Origin: a virus
Taxonomy: Duplodnaviria > Caudoviricetes
Virus record (IMG/VR): IMGVR_UViG_3300028591_000017
Location: 29,677-93,676 of that record
Reading direction: 5' to 3' (one strand)
Length of the DNA stretch: 64,000 bases
Positions 9,584 to 20,511 of the stretch are shown piece by piece. Position 1 is the first letter of the stretch. Every line of letters starts with the position of its first letter. Under the pieces are notes generated by a model. It ran no database searches, was not told the origin of the DNA, and saw only the letters and a list, made by a program, of their open reading frames with translations. Position numbers and translations under genes: made by a program.

Positions 9584-12496
9584 TTATTTCTTCTTGGATT
9601 TACCAATTTTCTTAAACTTGCCTTTTGTATAGTCCCATGCTTTCTTTACTCCGGCCTTAGCTTTGTCTGCACCCTTCTTAAGCTTAGCTTTAGTCTCATC
9701 AGACATCTTATATGTTGGACCATTGCTACCAGATGCAACTCTAGCGTTATATCCACCAGGACCAGTATTACTGAACGCTCTATTAAGTGCATCCATATAC
9801 ATCTTACGCTCGCCTTCGTTCATATATCTAGCAGCTCCAGCAAACTGTGTAAGACCATCTATATATTCCTTACGAGCTTTATAGCTATCAGATTTTCTAG
9901 ACTGAGCAAGCTTAGCTCTAAGCTCTGCAGCTTGTGCAGCGTGGTCCTCACGTCTAGCTCTAGACCTCATATTCATCTCATCAACCTTCATTCGATTGGT
10001 CATGTTTTGCTTCTCAATCTCAGTATTAACTCTATTAGCTTCCTGTATCTGAGCTGCATCATACTTCTGCTTAGCTGCTGCTATATCAGCCTGCTTACCT
10101 GCGAATCCTAATGAAGCTGCTATTGCATTGGCTGCATTACTACCGCCGCCACCTCTAGATGCCGCAGTCTGTACAGCTGCTGCTTGCATCTTTCTAAGGT
10201 TTGCGTCATCACTCCATCTATTGTATGAACCAGGAGTAACCTTACCCATATCATACTTACGTGGGTTTATCTCCTCTACAGGTTCATTAGCTTTAGCCTG
10301 GTGGTATCTAATATATGCACCCTCTTCATTATCGTATTGATGAGGATCTTCCCATCCGGCATTCATAAGTTGTTCCCATGTTAAATCTTCAGGGTTCTTC
10401 TCTTCGTTACCAGGTGTTTTGTCATCATCTCCTTCTTTTGATTTACTATTGTCAACTGTAGGTTCTGAAAGACCGGCATCACCTCTTGTAAGTAGTTCTC
10501 TGTTTTTTGCTGTATTATCAGCAGGATCCTCTGCGCCTGGGCTGCCAGCTTTAGCGGCATCAGCGCCTGCAGCTGCTCTCATTTCATCCTCTTCATCTCC
10601 GCTTAAATCTTCGGATCCAGGACTACCTGCATTTGCTCCATTGCTTCGAGATAATAACATAGTGCCAGCCGCTGGAGAAGATGAGCCAGGAGTATTCATA
10701 CCATATATTGCCTCATCAACCATATCAGTATACAGCTTTTCTGCACCCTCAGCGTTAAAATCAAAATCATCTGGGATTCTCCTCTTATATGCAGGTGTCT
10801 GTGTTAAAACGCTTCTACCTTCAATATAGAGCGGATACGTTGCATTTTGTTCATGATCAGTTCCTGCGAAGTTGTTCGCCGTATAGAACTTACCCTTTCC
10901 TGCTGTATCCCTAAAGTCTTTTACATCTCTATTTATTATAATCTTATTTCCAGGAGAGAAGTCTTTGTATTTACCGGCTCTAAGCATCTCATCGGTAAAC
11001 CTTAAGTTCTGTGCAATATACCAGTCTGGAGCACCCTGATTCAGCTCCTCATTTATGATAGCCTTCTGCCTATCTGGTCTACTATCAAAATACCTAGCCA
11101 TCTCAGAGTCTCCAACAGTATTGTTAAACTCATCAGAGTATGGTCTAATTGGAGATGTACCCGGAGCTATCGTTCCACCTTGATTCTGAGGTACCGTATC
11201 CATTATACTTAGCTTTAAGCCAAGTGGATTACCTGTTCCTTCGCCCTCAGTTCCACCTACATACTTAGGTAACTTCTTACCTCCGTATTTGAACTTAGTA
11301 GCAGACTTAATACCAGCAATCATCTTCTGATCTTCCTGTGCTGCATACAGCTTATTAAACGCGCCCGTAGAGGCCTTTAAATTGAGTTCTGCGGTCTTTC
11401 TATCTATTGGTGAGGCAGATCTATCATCCAGTACCTTTCGTGCCTTAGAATTGACTTTTGATAGGTTAGAAGCCATATCAGCAAATGATCTATTACCAAC
11501 ACCTAAGCTATCTGACAATATCCTTGTACCATTCTCTAATGATACTGGTATCTGATCATCCTTACCCCTCTGTGATGAGTTGTGTCCTACTGCCTTCTGT
11601 ATCTCACCATCAGGATTCATCATTACTTCCTTGTGGTCTACCAATGCATTAGGATTATTTGAATGAGGTTTCTCACCTCCGTATTTAAATTTGAACTTAC
11701 CTCCGCATTTATAATTCATTCTATTGTATTCGTCCATTCCTCTAGTTTTTATACTAGTATCTGCAGATGCGATTGCTTCATCACTCGCCCTTGTTTTATC
11801 AAGTATCTGCCTTTTCACTTCAGCTCTCATGGCATTACCATCTAATGCTCCGGCGCCAACACCAACGATTGTGCCAAGTGCACCACCAATAACACGACCC
11901 CATGGGCCGAATTTGGCACCCCACTTTTCTCCCGTTGCCGCATATTGTGGTATCGTTTGCATCATTGCTGCGCCTCTATACTGAGCGCCGCTTCCACCGG
12001 TTGCTGAGTTGGCAAGTTTATCTGTGTGGTGTTGGCCAGCTTTAGATAACAATCCAATGCCTGGTGTGTTTTCTATGAACGAAGTCTCACCAGACGCATC
12101 ACCAGCTGCCTTTACAACTGCTAGCTCCTTGTTTACATCACTCTGTGCTCCGGCAGCACTAAATCTACCTCTGCCTTCTATATTGGTCGCATATTCATTA
12201 CCAACCAAACTGGATTTAGGAGCTGCTACGTCTACTCCTGTTGCGTTTGCAGCATTTGATTGAGCGCTATTCTCTTTGTTGATTGATGATATAGCTCCTG
12301 CTGCGGCATTGATTATATTACCCCATCCGCCGCCACCGTTACCACCGGATGAGCCAAACGCATTGGAGAATCCCTCCATATTAAAGTTTCCATTCTTCAT
12401 AAAGCTACCGAAGTTGCCTATGCCGAACTTGAACTTAGGAAGTAGTGGGTCGTTCACCAACCCACCCTTCTTGTAATTTCTTAGTCTCTTTTTCAT
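9584..12496 (-). CDS. Virion cargo/ejection protein (970 aa) with Gly/Ala-rich membrane-type helices and YxxGG/KYGG motifs
   Basis: GxxxG segment 'RVIGGALGTIVGVGAGALDG', repeated YKKGG/YKCGG/KYGG, C-terminal Ala/Gln coiled coil; directly after the muzzle gene. Confidence 0.65.
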   Translation of the reverse strand: MKKRLRNYKKGGLVNDPLLPKFKFGIGNFGSFMKNGNFNMEGFSNAFGSSGGNGGGGWGNIINAAAGAISSINKENSAQSNAANATGVDVAAPKSSLVGNEYATNIEGRGRFSAAGAQSDVNKELAVVKAAGDASGETSFIENTPGIGLLSKAGQHHTDKLANSATGGSGAQYRGAAMMQTIPQYAATGEKWGAKFGPWGRVIGGALGTIVGVGAGALDGNAMRAEVKRQILDKTRASDEAIASADTSIKTRGMDEYNRMNYKCGGKFKFKYGGEKPHSNNPNALVDHKEVMMNPDGEIQKAVGHNSSQRGKDDQIPVSLENGTRILSDSLGVGNRSFADMASNLSKVNSKARKVLDDRSASPIDRKTAELNLKASTGAFNKLYAAQEDQKMIAGIKSATKFKYGGKKLPKYVGGTEGEGTGNPLGLKLSIMDTVPQNQGGTIAPGTSPIRPYSDEFNNTVGDSEMARYFDSRPDRQKAIINEELNQGAPDWYIAQNLRFTDEMLRAGKYKDFSPGNKIIINRDVKDFRDTAGKGKFYTANNFAGTDHEQNATYPLYIEGRSVLTQTPAYKRRIPDDFDFNAEGAEKLYTDMVDEAIYGMNTPGSSSPAAGTMLLSRSNGANAGSPGSEDLSGDEEDEMRAAAGADAAKAGSPGAEDPADNTAKNRELLTRGDAGLSEPTVDNSKSKEGDDDKTPGNEEKNPEDLTWEQLMNAGWEDPHQYDNEEGAYIRYHQAKANEPVEEINPRKYDMGKVTPGSYNRWSDDANLRKMQAAAVQTAASRGGGGSNAANAIAASLGFAGKQADIAAAKQKYDAAQIQEANRVNTEIEKQNMTNRMKVDEMNMRSRARREDHAAQAAELRAKLAQSRKSDSYKARKEYIDGLTQFAGAARYMNEGERKMYMDALNRAFSNTGPGGYNARVASGSNGPTYKMSDETKAKLKKGADKAKAGVKKAWDYTKGKFKKIGKSKKK

Positions 12497-12498
12497 AT

Positions 12499-15400
12499 TT
12501 AGATATAACTACTCCTAAATGTTGTTATGACAGAAGGTAGCTTAAATTCGCCACCGCCATTATTAAATTCAAAGTTTTCTATAAGGTACTTACCCTTCAT
12601 TCTGTTAGGGTACATGTATTCAGAATCTGACTTAGTTCTAGGTATTGCAAACCTATAATTATCTTCGCGCCTACCTATGAACTCAACATTATTAGATACC
12701 ATAGAAGGTGTCTCAAAATTTATAGTTGTAAAGTTTAATCCAGGTTCTCTAAACTCAGCTGAGTATTCAACATTGTCAAATACTTTTGTTACTGTAGGAG
12801 ACTCATTTGCAACAAACCTAAGCTTAGATGCATCTATACATGAATCAACATTATGCTTCCTAAGTATAGCTGTCTTATCAAATGAATACAGGTCGTTAAA
12901 CTGTCTTGTATAGAATGTTGGATTGTTTGTTACAAACGTAGTTGGAGCTTCAATCAACTCGCTATACACTATTGTGCTAGCTGGCTCCTGTACAGCCTTA
13001 TCAGCTCTATAATACATATCATCTCTAGGGATGAATGTCATAAGAATCTCCTTATACTTTGGGTTGTATGTAAATGCGAGTTTTGCATTGAATCCATCAT
13101 GATATTTGTTCAACCATGATTGGAATCCCTTCATCTTAGACAGCTGGCCAACTCCTCCCTTGTATATTAATACCTCATGCTTGTTATGGTCGTACCAGTA
13201 TATTGCGCTATCGCTAGATGCATATACGCCTGATGCGTAATTCTTGATACCATAATTGTCTAACACAGATGAGGCTATGCCATTCTCTATCGTTATATAT
13301 GTTGGTGTCTTAAGTACATCTCCAGTTCCAAGGAGGAGGTTTGTATTTGTATCATCCTGAACCAGCTGCTTTTCGTTCACAGATATAGAAGCAAACGCCG
13401 AGTCCTGCCAGAAGTATAAGCTATTGTTAAATCTATACAATCCGGTTATTGGACCATATCTAGAGTCAACGTCTATCTTATTATCTGCCAAGAAGTCTGT
13501 ATAGGCATCGTCCGATTCATTTATAGTCTTCGTCTTTGAGTATCTTATGCGTGTATCAAATGTACCACTACTTAATTTCTCTATAGATCTAGATACGGTG
13601 CCAAGTTGCTCCTGGTCGGTTGGTGGAACATCTGTTGAAATGAGCCTATGCATACCATTTACAACACCATCTGACAATCCAGATACGCTACCTGAGTTTG
13701 GATATTTCCAATTGTAATACGACCCTGGTCTCCATAGTCGCGTAGACGAATCAAGGCTTCGATACTTTTTATTGTATTGAACTACAGATGTATATATACG
13801 GCCAAGCGAATTTATTCCACCAAACTCATTTAGCCATGATGGAGTCGTGCCGCCAACCATATACTTTCCAGCTAGTTCGTAGTCTCCACTATATATATGC
13901 TTATTTTCTATAGAACCATCAACTGATTTATCGCCTGAAAATTTCTGTGTAGAGACTCCATTTAGAGCGTTAATTTCAGCTGGCTTATATCCATACAGTA
14001 GAGATATATTTATCTGCGTTTCTATAGGAATTAAGGCCTGCATTTGCGCACTAATACTTTCCTCTGTAAATACAGAAGCAAGTGGACCACTGTCTGCGCT
14101 CTCATAAAACACCTCATCTGCCCTTTCGCCTCCATTATACGCAGCAAACGCTATTGCAGCACAGTCTTTTCCTCTACTGTCAGCGCCTGGTACTTCTGTG
14201 TCTGTATTATTCATTGCCCCAAACTTATTCTTAGGATTACTGCCTGCAGCCCTGGTCAGATATGTGCTAGTATAATCATATACACATATATATTCGTCTC
14301 CACTGAATATGGTCTGCTCTATATATGCTGGGTAACGCTCTATACTACCACGCTTCTCTGTCATACTCATAGATGTGCGACATAAATCAAACTTGTCAGA
14401 CTCTAGTGGTATAAGAGCTCCTCCGGAAGGGGCAAACTGTATAGACGATCTCTTTACTTTATTTAACCCAATCCTGTCGAAAGGAATTTTTACATCAACA
14501 ACAACCAGTGACGTATAGTTCATGACATCGGAGACGGCATTTGATACATTCCTGTCCAACAAGCTTTCTGCATAACAACCAGATATTGTTGGTATCATGT
14601 AGTCTTCATATAATGATACGTAAACCATATTGCCATGAGATGGACTTGTTCTGCTTCTCCTTATATCTGGGTTTGTTTCGGTGCCGCCACAACAACCAGT
14701 TAGGGATATCATATGCTGACCATGTGGTCTTTTGGTATTAAATGCACTATCAACAGTTGTTGTACCAGCTATTAATGCGTTTATCGTTGGCAATGCTAAC
14801 CATCCGACTCCTGGCACAGAAGCAACTGCAGCCATTATCCATTTTACATCGTTATCGCTCAATAATTCAGTATGGTTAATCTCATACCACAATGTATATG
14901 GGGCTATGTACATGTATGTAAATATACTAGTATTGTCTGTACTTTTAAGTACACCTTCGTTTGCGTACAATGTTCCAATCCTACTAGTAGCGCTATAATC
15001 TATTCTACCCCTATCAGTTCTAACAACAGACGCATAATTGTAGTCACGTATCTTTGATTTTATAGAAGACACGCCAGACTCTATTTCACTATCTGACGCC
15101 ATATATGCGTTATTTGCATATTCGTAATTCCTACCCCTTAATCTGTGTGTTTGGTAGTAATATCTACCAACTATATTCTGACCGCCAGATAATGTAGCAA
15201 GGTGCACTGAATATGCTTCTTGCTGATCATCCAAGCTACTAACCGATAGACTAGCGAGTGTCTCGAAGATCTTGGTTATCGAAGAATCTGGACCAAGTGA
15301 CTTCATCAAATTTTTTGTAGATCTACCATGTACATACAGCCCATCGCAGCATCCTGTTGATATTCCTCCGGTCGATAAGTACGAAACATTACCGTTACTT

Positions 15401-18400
15401 GTGGATGGATATGGATCTGAAATAGGGAATGCATACCCGGCAGACTTAACTGCTGAATAGTTAAATGGAACTCTAGTTCCTCCATCATAGTCTGGATTTC
15501 CATACCAGTCTAATTCGTAGTTTTCAGCGTCAGTCCCACTATTATCTTCCAATACATCAATAGATGCAAATGGTCTAAATGATGACATATTTGTTTTTAT
15601 CGGTTGACTATAGCCATACACTTTATTGTAGTTGCTGAATAACGCAAGTAAAGGCGTGGATGCCATTGCAGCATTCCTGCCGTACCCGATATGCACTGGA
15701 CTCATGTCAGCATACATTCTGTTTATATCGTTATTTACAGCACTAAACAATGATGTATTGCCAACGATGTATGAATCAGCTAATGATGCACTTAAGGCAT
15801 TATTTAAATTGCTTTTCATATTGTTGGTCACATCTATCGCCGAGTTTTCTCCTTCGCTTCTATAGTTACGCATAACGAAATCAAACTCTGGAGATATTAT
15901 ACCGAAATCCTTCCTTGACGCCGGGAATAAGCTACCGAACGTAGACTTACCATATTTTACGGTACCGTTTTCAACCCTAGCGTTCCTAATGCCAGATGTG
16001 TATCTAGAGTACAACTTGGTACTACCTGATTCGGCAAACGCCAGTGTAATGTCAGTTTGAGGTGCGCTCGTATCACGTCCATCGCTCTGAACTCGTACTC
16101 TATATGGCAGGTTGTTTAGCCTATCATTAAACGATTCTATATATTTGTATTTTGCTGCAGAGCTAGACCTTGGCCTCCTTATGTAACTTGGGAAGAAGCA
16201 CTCTGGGTCACCATATGTAGTTGGGAACCACGTTGGATTAACGTTAGATACCTTATCGTCGTAGTAGTACGCAGAAGAATTTCCACCCAACTCATTTTTG
16301 ACGGGATCGGATACTATACCATCCCATGATAATCCGGCATTAACATTATGGAACAAAGATTGCAACACACCTGTTGCTATTACAGTCTTATTCTCGAATA
16401 ACTGTCCGTTACCGACTGAAGATCGCTGCGCCCTTAATATCTCGAATGAATCAAATATCTGGAATGATGCCTTAGCCTTTTCTATGGCTGCCTTCATCAC
16501 CTCAATATCAAACTTAAACTTAATACCAAGTACGTTTGCGAACACCATAGATCCATCGCCTTCAGTGTCGCCATATCCGCTGCCATTACTTTTGTGTATT
16601 GTAAAATATGGTATCACAGACGATGATGGCGTTCTTATGTCACCAATCCAGAATGATGCGCATCGCTTACCACCTGACGTTCTAAATGATATTATATATC
16701 TATAAACCTCATCTCTCTTGAGGGATCTGAACTTTTCTATTATGAATGGATTATTGTAACCACCAGCATTCCTACATCCTGTGTTAAAATCCGGCTCTAT
16801 GCCAACATTGTACAATTTATTACTGCCGAACTTAACCATTTTACCGTCTGTGCCAACCGGTATATATTCACCATGTACTGATATACTATCGTTTACATCC
16901 CAGTCTCCATCTGTCCTTGGACTAAATACCCTTGCGTTGTTGTGACTCAGCTGATGGCCGCCAACAACCTCTAATCCGTTTTGATTAAATGTTTCATTAT
17001 CGGATATAGCAACCTCTTTTGTTACAAACTCATACGACACTATAGGACCACAGCCACCAATCCAATACTTACCAGCATTCTCTGGATCACTAAATGGATC
17101 AGTGTCGTCATCTCGATGGAAGTTAAACGTCTTATCGAATCCATAGTTGAAAAACTTACTACGCTTATCTAGTTTATCATACATCTCTACACTAGGTAGA
17201 TTATCGTATGGAATATAGCAATCAGACTCAGAGGAAACTGGAGTACCGTCATCCTCTCTCTCTATGTTTATGTAATCAACAGATTCGCCCGCACTACCAT
17301 TGATAGACCTTTTTTCGATCATCCTCCAAGACTCATCCCCCTCGCTGTCTCCGCTTCTGAAGCTATTGTCCCTAAGATCAACATATCCGTACCTATTAAA
17401 TGGATATGACCTAAAGTCTAACGCTTCAGATTCCCCATTATCAGAAACACCTAATGTAGAGAGGTTCGTCTCTGGTTCTATTACGTTTGCTGCAAAAAGA
17501 ATATTATCCTTCTGCTCAAGAAATCTCGGCATAAAGATTGTACTCAGAGCGGAGTTTGCATCATATATTGCAGTTATATCCGATATCATCTCGACGGCTT
17601 CATCACCAAGATTGCTTATTGTTGCATATGCACCAAGTGAATTACCATTCTCATCGAACTCATAATCATCTATCGCATTTATGAGTTTGATATCATCAAC
17701 AAACCTTGAGTATTCAACATTACCATCACTACCTATCGGCGCTGGTTTGTAGATTCTTATAACTCTAATAGAATCATACTGATCGAGTAACTGCTGAGGT
17801 ATGAATACCTTTAATCTAATACCAGTTCCAGACGACTTTGGTTCGCTAGCCTCCTCTTTCTCTGTCTGAGATTCAGCCCACTCTCCCCTGCTAAATCTAT
17901 TGAGTTGGCTACCTGCATCTTCATACAAAACTATTGGACCAGTAGGAAGTGCAACTCCTGATTGCGCACCACCGGCATTTGTCAATACATACGTATATCT
18001 ATATACACCAGTAGGCAGGCCGCCATTCGTCAATAACCCAGAGAGAAACATTGAATTGTATGGAGACATAGGTACAATAGACGTTGCATCTTTAGAGTCG
18101 TTCTTAAGGAAATAACCCTTGTATGCATCTATGATGTTCATTGTCTGTATCTGGTTGTGACCATCAGCCCAGTATATCTTAACGTTAGTATCAGACTCAT
18201 ACATCATTGTAGATGATATAGGCTGATGTATACCATACTCTCCAACCCTTACTAATGTACAGAAGAAATGATCTTTCCATGTTGTTCCGCTAAATCTGTC
18301 AAGTGGTATGTATCTGTTGTTGATATCATCATCACTAGGATTATCGCTGGTTTCATTCTCATATACAACATTAGTTGATATTTCATCATATTCACCAGTC

Positions 18401-18870
18401 TCATCATTCTTACGCAACAATGTCTTGTTGCTGTTTCTATACAAATCGCCTAATGCTGTTCTACATGTATCTTCATTGAATACTGGCCTATTCTTTGGAT
18501 CTTTAGTGAAGTCCAACAGATATATTCTATCGATATGCGCATCTGATCCAGTTACCTGCTCTCTGGTGAACACAACAGCATACTGCCTACATGAATCAAC
18601 ATGTATTATACGTTCATCATTCTTTGATGGTGTATACTTACCATCATCTGTCTTCTTATCTGGATCTACATGGAATATGCGCATATCATATATAGTTTCT
18701 ACTCCATCGTAGTTACATGCTACTCCAGTAGAACCATCATCATTCGTAACTATACGAATGTTTTCTGCATATTGGTATGTACTATTCTTTGCAAGTGAAG
18801 GATGAACATCCATATTCATACCCTCACTAAACGTATTTATAGAGTACATACCTTCTTTTAAATTTGGCAT
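12499..18870 (-). CDS. Tail muzzle / tail stabilisation protein (2123 aa)
   Basis: N-terminal 'NTFSEGMNMD...YQYAENIRI'; internal 'SLKRDEVYRY' and 'RIRYSKTK...NESDDAYTDF'; C-terminal 'KVFDNVE...RMKGKYL'. These match crAss stabilisation proteins as I recall them. Confidence 0.85.
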   Translation of the reverse strand: MPNLKEGMYSINTFSEGMNMDVHPSLAKNSTYQYAENIRIVTNDDGSTGVACNYDGVETIYDMRIFHVDPDKKTDDGKYTPSKNDERIIHVDSCRQYAVVFTREQVTGSDAHIDRIYLLDFTKDPKNRPVFNEDTCRTALGDLYRNSNKTLLRKNDETGEYDEISTNVVYENETSDNPSDDDINNRYIPLDRFSGTTWKDHFFCTLVRVGEYGIHQPISSTMMYESDTNVKIYWADGHNQIQTMNIIDAYKGYFLKNDSKDATSIVPMSPYNSMFLSGLLTNGGLPTGVYRYTYVLTNAGGAQSGVALPTGPIVLYEDAGSQLNRFSRGEWAESQTEKEEASEPKSSGTGIRLKVFIPQQLLDQYDSIRVIRIYKPAPIGSDGNVEYSRFVDDIKLINAIDDYEFDENGNSLGAYATISNLGDEAVEMISDITAIYDANSALSTIFMPRFLEQKDNILFAANVIEPETNLSTLGVSDNGESEALDFRSYPFNRYGYVDLRDNSFRSGDSEGDESWRMIEKRSINGSAGESVDYINIEREDDGTPVSSESDCYIPYDNLPSVEMYDKLDKRSKFFNYGFDKTFNFHRDDDTDPFSDPENAGKYWIGGCGPIVSYEFVTKEVAISDNETFNQNGLEVVGGHQLSHNNARVFSPRTDGDWDVNDSISVHGEYIPVGTDGKMVKFGSNKLYNVGIEPDFNTGCRNAGGYNNPFIIEKFRSLKRDEVYRYIISFRTSGGKRCASFWIGDIRTPSSSVIPYFTIHKSNGSGYGDTEGDGSMVFANVLGIKFKFDIEVMKAAIEKAKASFQIFDSFEILRAQRSSVGNGQLFENKTVIATGVLQSLFHNVNAGLSWDGIVSDPVKNELGGNSSAYYYDDKVSNVNPTWFPTTYGDPECFFPSYIRRPRSSSAAKYKYIESFNDRLNNLPYRVRVQSDGRDTSAPQTDITLAFAESGSTKLYSRYTSGIRNARVENGTVKYGKSTFGSLFPASRKDFGIISPEFDFVMRNYRSEGENSAIDVTNNMKSNLNNALSASLADSYIVGNTSLFSAVNNDINRMYADMSPVHIGYGRNAAMASTPLLALFSNYNKVYGYSQPIKTNMSSFRPFASIDVLEDNSGTDAENYELDWYGNPDYDGGTRVPFNYSAVKSAGYAFPISDPYPSTSNGNVSYLSTGGISTGCCDGLYVHGRSTKNLMKSLGPDSSITKIFETLASLSVSSLDDQQEAYSVHLATLSGGQNIVGRYYYQTHRLRGRNYEYANNAYMASDSEIESGVSSIKSKIRDYNYASVVRTDRGRIDYSATSRIGTLYANEGVLKSTDNTSIFTYMYIAPYTLWYEINHTELLSDNDVKWIMAAVASVPGVGWLALPTINALIAGTTTVDSAFNTKRPHGQHMISLTGCCGGTETNPDIRRSRTSPSHGNMVYVSLYEDYMIPTISGCYAESLLDRNVSNAVSDVMNYTSLVVVDVKIPFDRIGLNKVKRSSIQFAPSGGALIPLESDKFDLCRTSMSMTEKRGSIERYPAYIEQTIFSGDEYICVYDYTSTYLTRAAGSNPKNKFGAMNNTDTEVPGADSRGKDCAAIAFAAYNGGERADEVFYESADSGPLASVFTEESISAQMQALIPIETQINISLLYGYKPAEINALNGVSTQKFSGDKSVDGSIENKHIYSGDYELAGKYMVGGTTPSWLNEFGGINSLGRIYTSVVQYNKKYRSLDSSTRLWRPGSYYNWKYPNSGSVSGLSDGVVNGMHRLISTDVPPTDQEQLGTVSRSIEKLSSGTFDTRIRYSKTKTINESDDAYTDFLADNKIDVDSRYGPITGLYRFNNSLYFWQDSAFASISVNEKQLVQDDTNTNLLLGTGDVLKTPTYITIENGIASSVLDNYGIKNYASGVYASSDSAIYWYDHNKHEVLIYKGGVGQLSKMKGFQSWLNKYHDGFNAKLAFTYNPKYKEILMTFIPRDDMYYRADKAVQEPASTIVYSELIEAPTTFVTNNPTFYTRQFNDLYSFDKTAILRKHNVDSCIDASKLRFVANESPTVTKVFDNVEYSAEFREPGLNFTTINFETPSMVSNNVEFIGRREDNYRFAIPRTKSDSEYMYPNRMKGKYLIENFEFNNGGGEFKLPSVITTFRSSYI

Positions 18871-18872
18871 AA

Positions 18873-19976
18873 TTATAATCCTTTATGTCTGTAATTGTAG
18901 TAAGGCCTATTGGTTTGATTGTAGATCTCTTGCTCGTCTCCACTATGCGTAAAGAACGTAAGATTCTCTTCAATCTCTGGAACGAGTCTCTGCCAGTTAT
19001 TCTGCATTGTCTGTAATTCATCTGTGTCTGGCATCATGCAATCACCATAAGCCTGCTTTCTATATATATGCCAGTTATTCTTTATTTCTGCATATAACTG
19101 AGCATTCAATGTACCTCTCAATACCTCAGGGAACTTGAGCTTCATAGCCACATACCAATATACAGCTTCTTTGTATGAAGCTATATCTGGTATCATTGGG
19201 AAACCTTCCTCATCAACATTAAATGCCTGATAAGATATAGTAAGGAACCCATATCTCACATTGGTATTGATAAAGCCCTTATTAAGCGTATATACAGGCT
19301 TAAAATTAGTCCTAGCGGATCTAGCTGTAATAGTATCAGGTGCTATGTTCGTATTAATCATAGACATCAATACTGGCAATACGTGATTAAATCTATGCTT
19401 CAGATGAGGCTCATGGTGATGGTCATGATGATGTTCGTGGTGTTCATCTTCATCATGCTCATCGTCTTTCCTGTGTACATGTATATCATGCTCATGATAA
19501 TCGTGATGCACATCACCATCTGCAAGCCTCATGATTATATCCTTAGCCTCGTTGTCTGATATTGGTCTATGCACAGAATACATACCTCTAACAAGATGTA
19601 TCAGCTGTTGCATCGCGTCACCTCTGTATACCAAAGATGGACCATATTCAGTAAACCTATCAATCCAATATCTATCTGCATCCCAGCAGTCAAATGAACC
19701 AGTTGCCTTGGTCATTGGCATCAGGTTCCTCTGAGTACCATCAAACGAATAGGCACACTGGACCAAACTGTGAAGATCGTCTGGTATTCTTACCTTATAG
19801 TCCACTATAGGGACAGTTATGACTTTCTTCACAAATTGGTCGAATGCGCCTATTTTCTCTATGGCTTCAGTTATCCATTCCCTTATATCCGTTATTCTAT
19901 GCAGTTCCTCCTGTATATCGAGGTCTGAGTATATTTTAGCTACAACCTCTTTAGCGGATGTAAATTTGTAAACCAT
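18873..19976 (-). CDS. Tail ring/tubular protein with His-rich insertion
   Basis: 'VDEEGFPMIPD..SYKEAVYWYV' typical of crAss ring proteins; adjacent to muzzle. Confidence 0.75.
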   Translation of the reverse strand: MVYKFTSAKEVVAKIYSDLDIQEELHRITDIREWITEAIEKIGAFDQFVKKVITVPIVDYKVRIPDDLHSLVQCAYSFDGTQRNLMPMTKATGSFDCWDADRYWIDRFTEYGPSLVYRGDAMQQLIHLVRGMYSVHRPISDNEAKDIIMRLADGDVHHDYHEHDIHVHRKDDEHDEDEHHEHHHDHHHEPHLKHRFNHVLPVLMSMINTNIAPDTITARSARTNFKPVYTLNKGFINTNVRYGFLTISYQAFNVDEEGFPMIPDIASYKEAVYWYVAMKLKFPEVLRGTLNAQLYAEIKNNWHIYRKQAYGDCMMPDTDELQTMQNNWQRLVPEIEENLTFFTHSGDEQEIYNQTNRPYYNYRHKGL

Positions 19977-19977
19977 A

Positions 19978-20511
19978 TTATACTGTTTTAAAATTATTGT
20001 AGTAACCGTTGTTGATTACCTTTTGCATCTTTCTTTTGAATTGCTTACTAGCGACAAACATATAATCACCAAACATTCCTCGGTCTCTTATCCATCTGAG
20101 AGATATCGCATACCCTCTTGATGCTACAAATGGGTCATCCATATTTGGCCTAGTTCTAAGTATCTTACGCATCATATTAACAGATGCTTTCTTCTTTATG
20201 ATCCTCAGACCACCTATGCCATCTCCAAGGTATACCTGGTTGCCTTCCAGTAGTTCCTTCTCTAATATATTATTATATATATATATTATATTATAATAAT
20301 CTATATAGTCTATAGATTTATCTAATCCTACAGATATACAGTAGTATACATAAGATGCAATTATACTGTGATTATGATATAACTGAGAGTTCTCATATAC
20401 TGTTTTGTTCCTATAGTCAAATCCAGCTCTATATACCCTCCTGATTGCTTCCTTTGCAATCTCATAATTCTCACTACTGGTATCAACTATCAAGTCTGCT
20501 TCGCTTATCAT
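19978..20511 (-). CDS. IHF/HU-like protein of the crAss structural module
   Basis: 'LLEGNQVYLGDGIGGLRIIKKK' HU-like motif; ATG at 20511 preferred over track start. Confidence 0.6.
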   Translation of the reverse strand: MISEADLIVDTSSENYEIAKEAIRRVYRAGFDYRNKTVYENSQLYHNHSIIASYVYYCISVGLDKSIDYIDYYNIIYIYNNILEKELLEGNQVYLGDGIGGLRIIKKKASVNMMRKILRTRPNMDDPFVASRGYAISLRWIRDRGMFGDYMFVASKQFKRKMQKVINNGYYNNFKTV

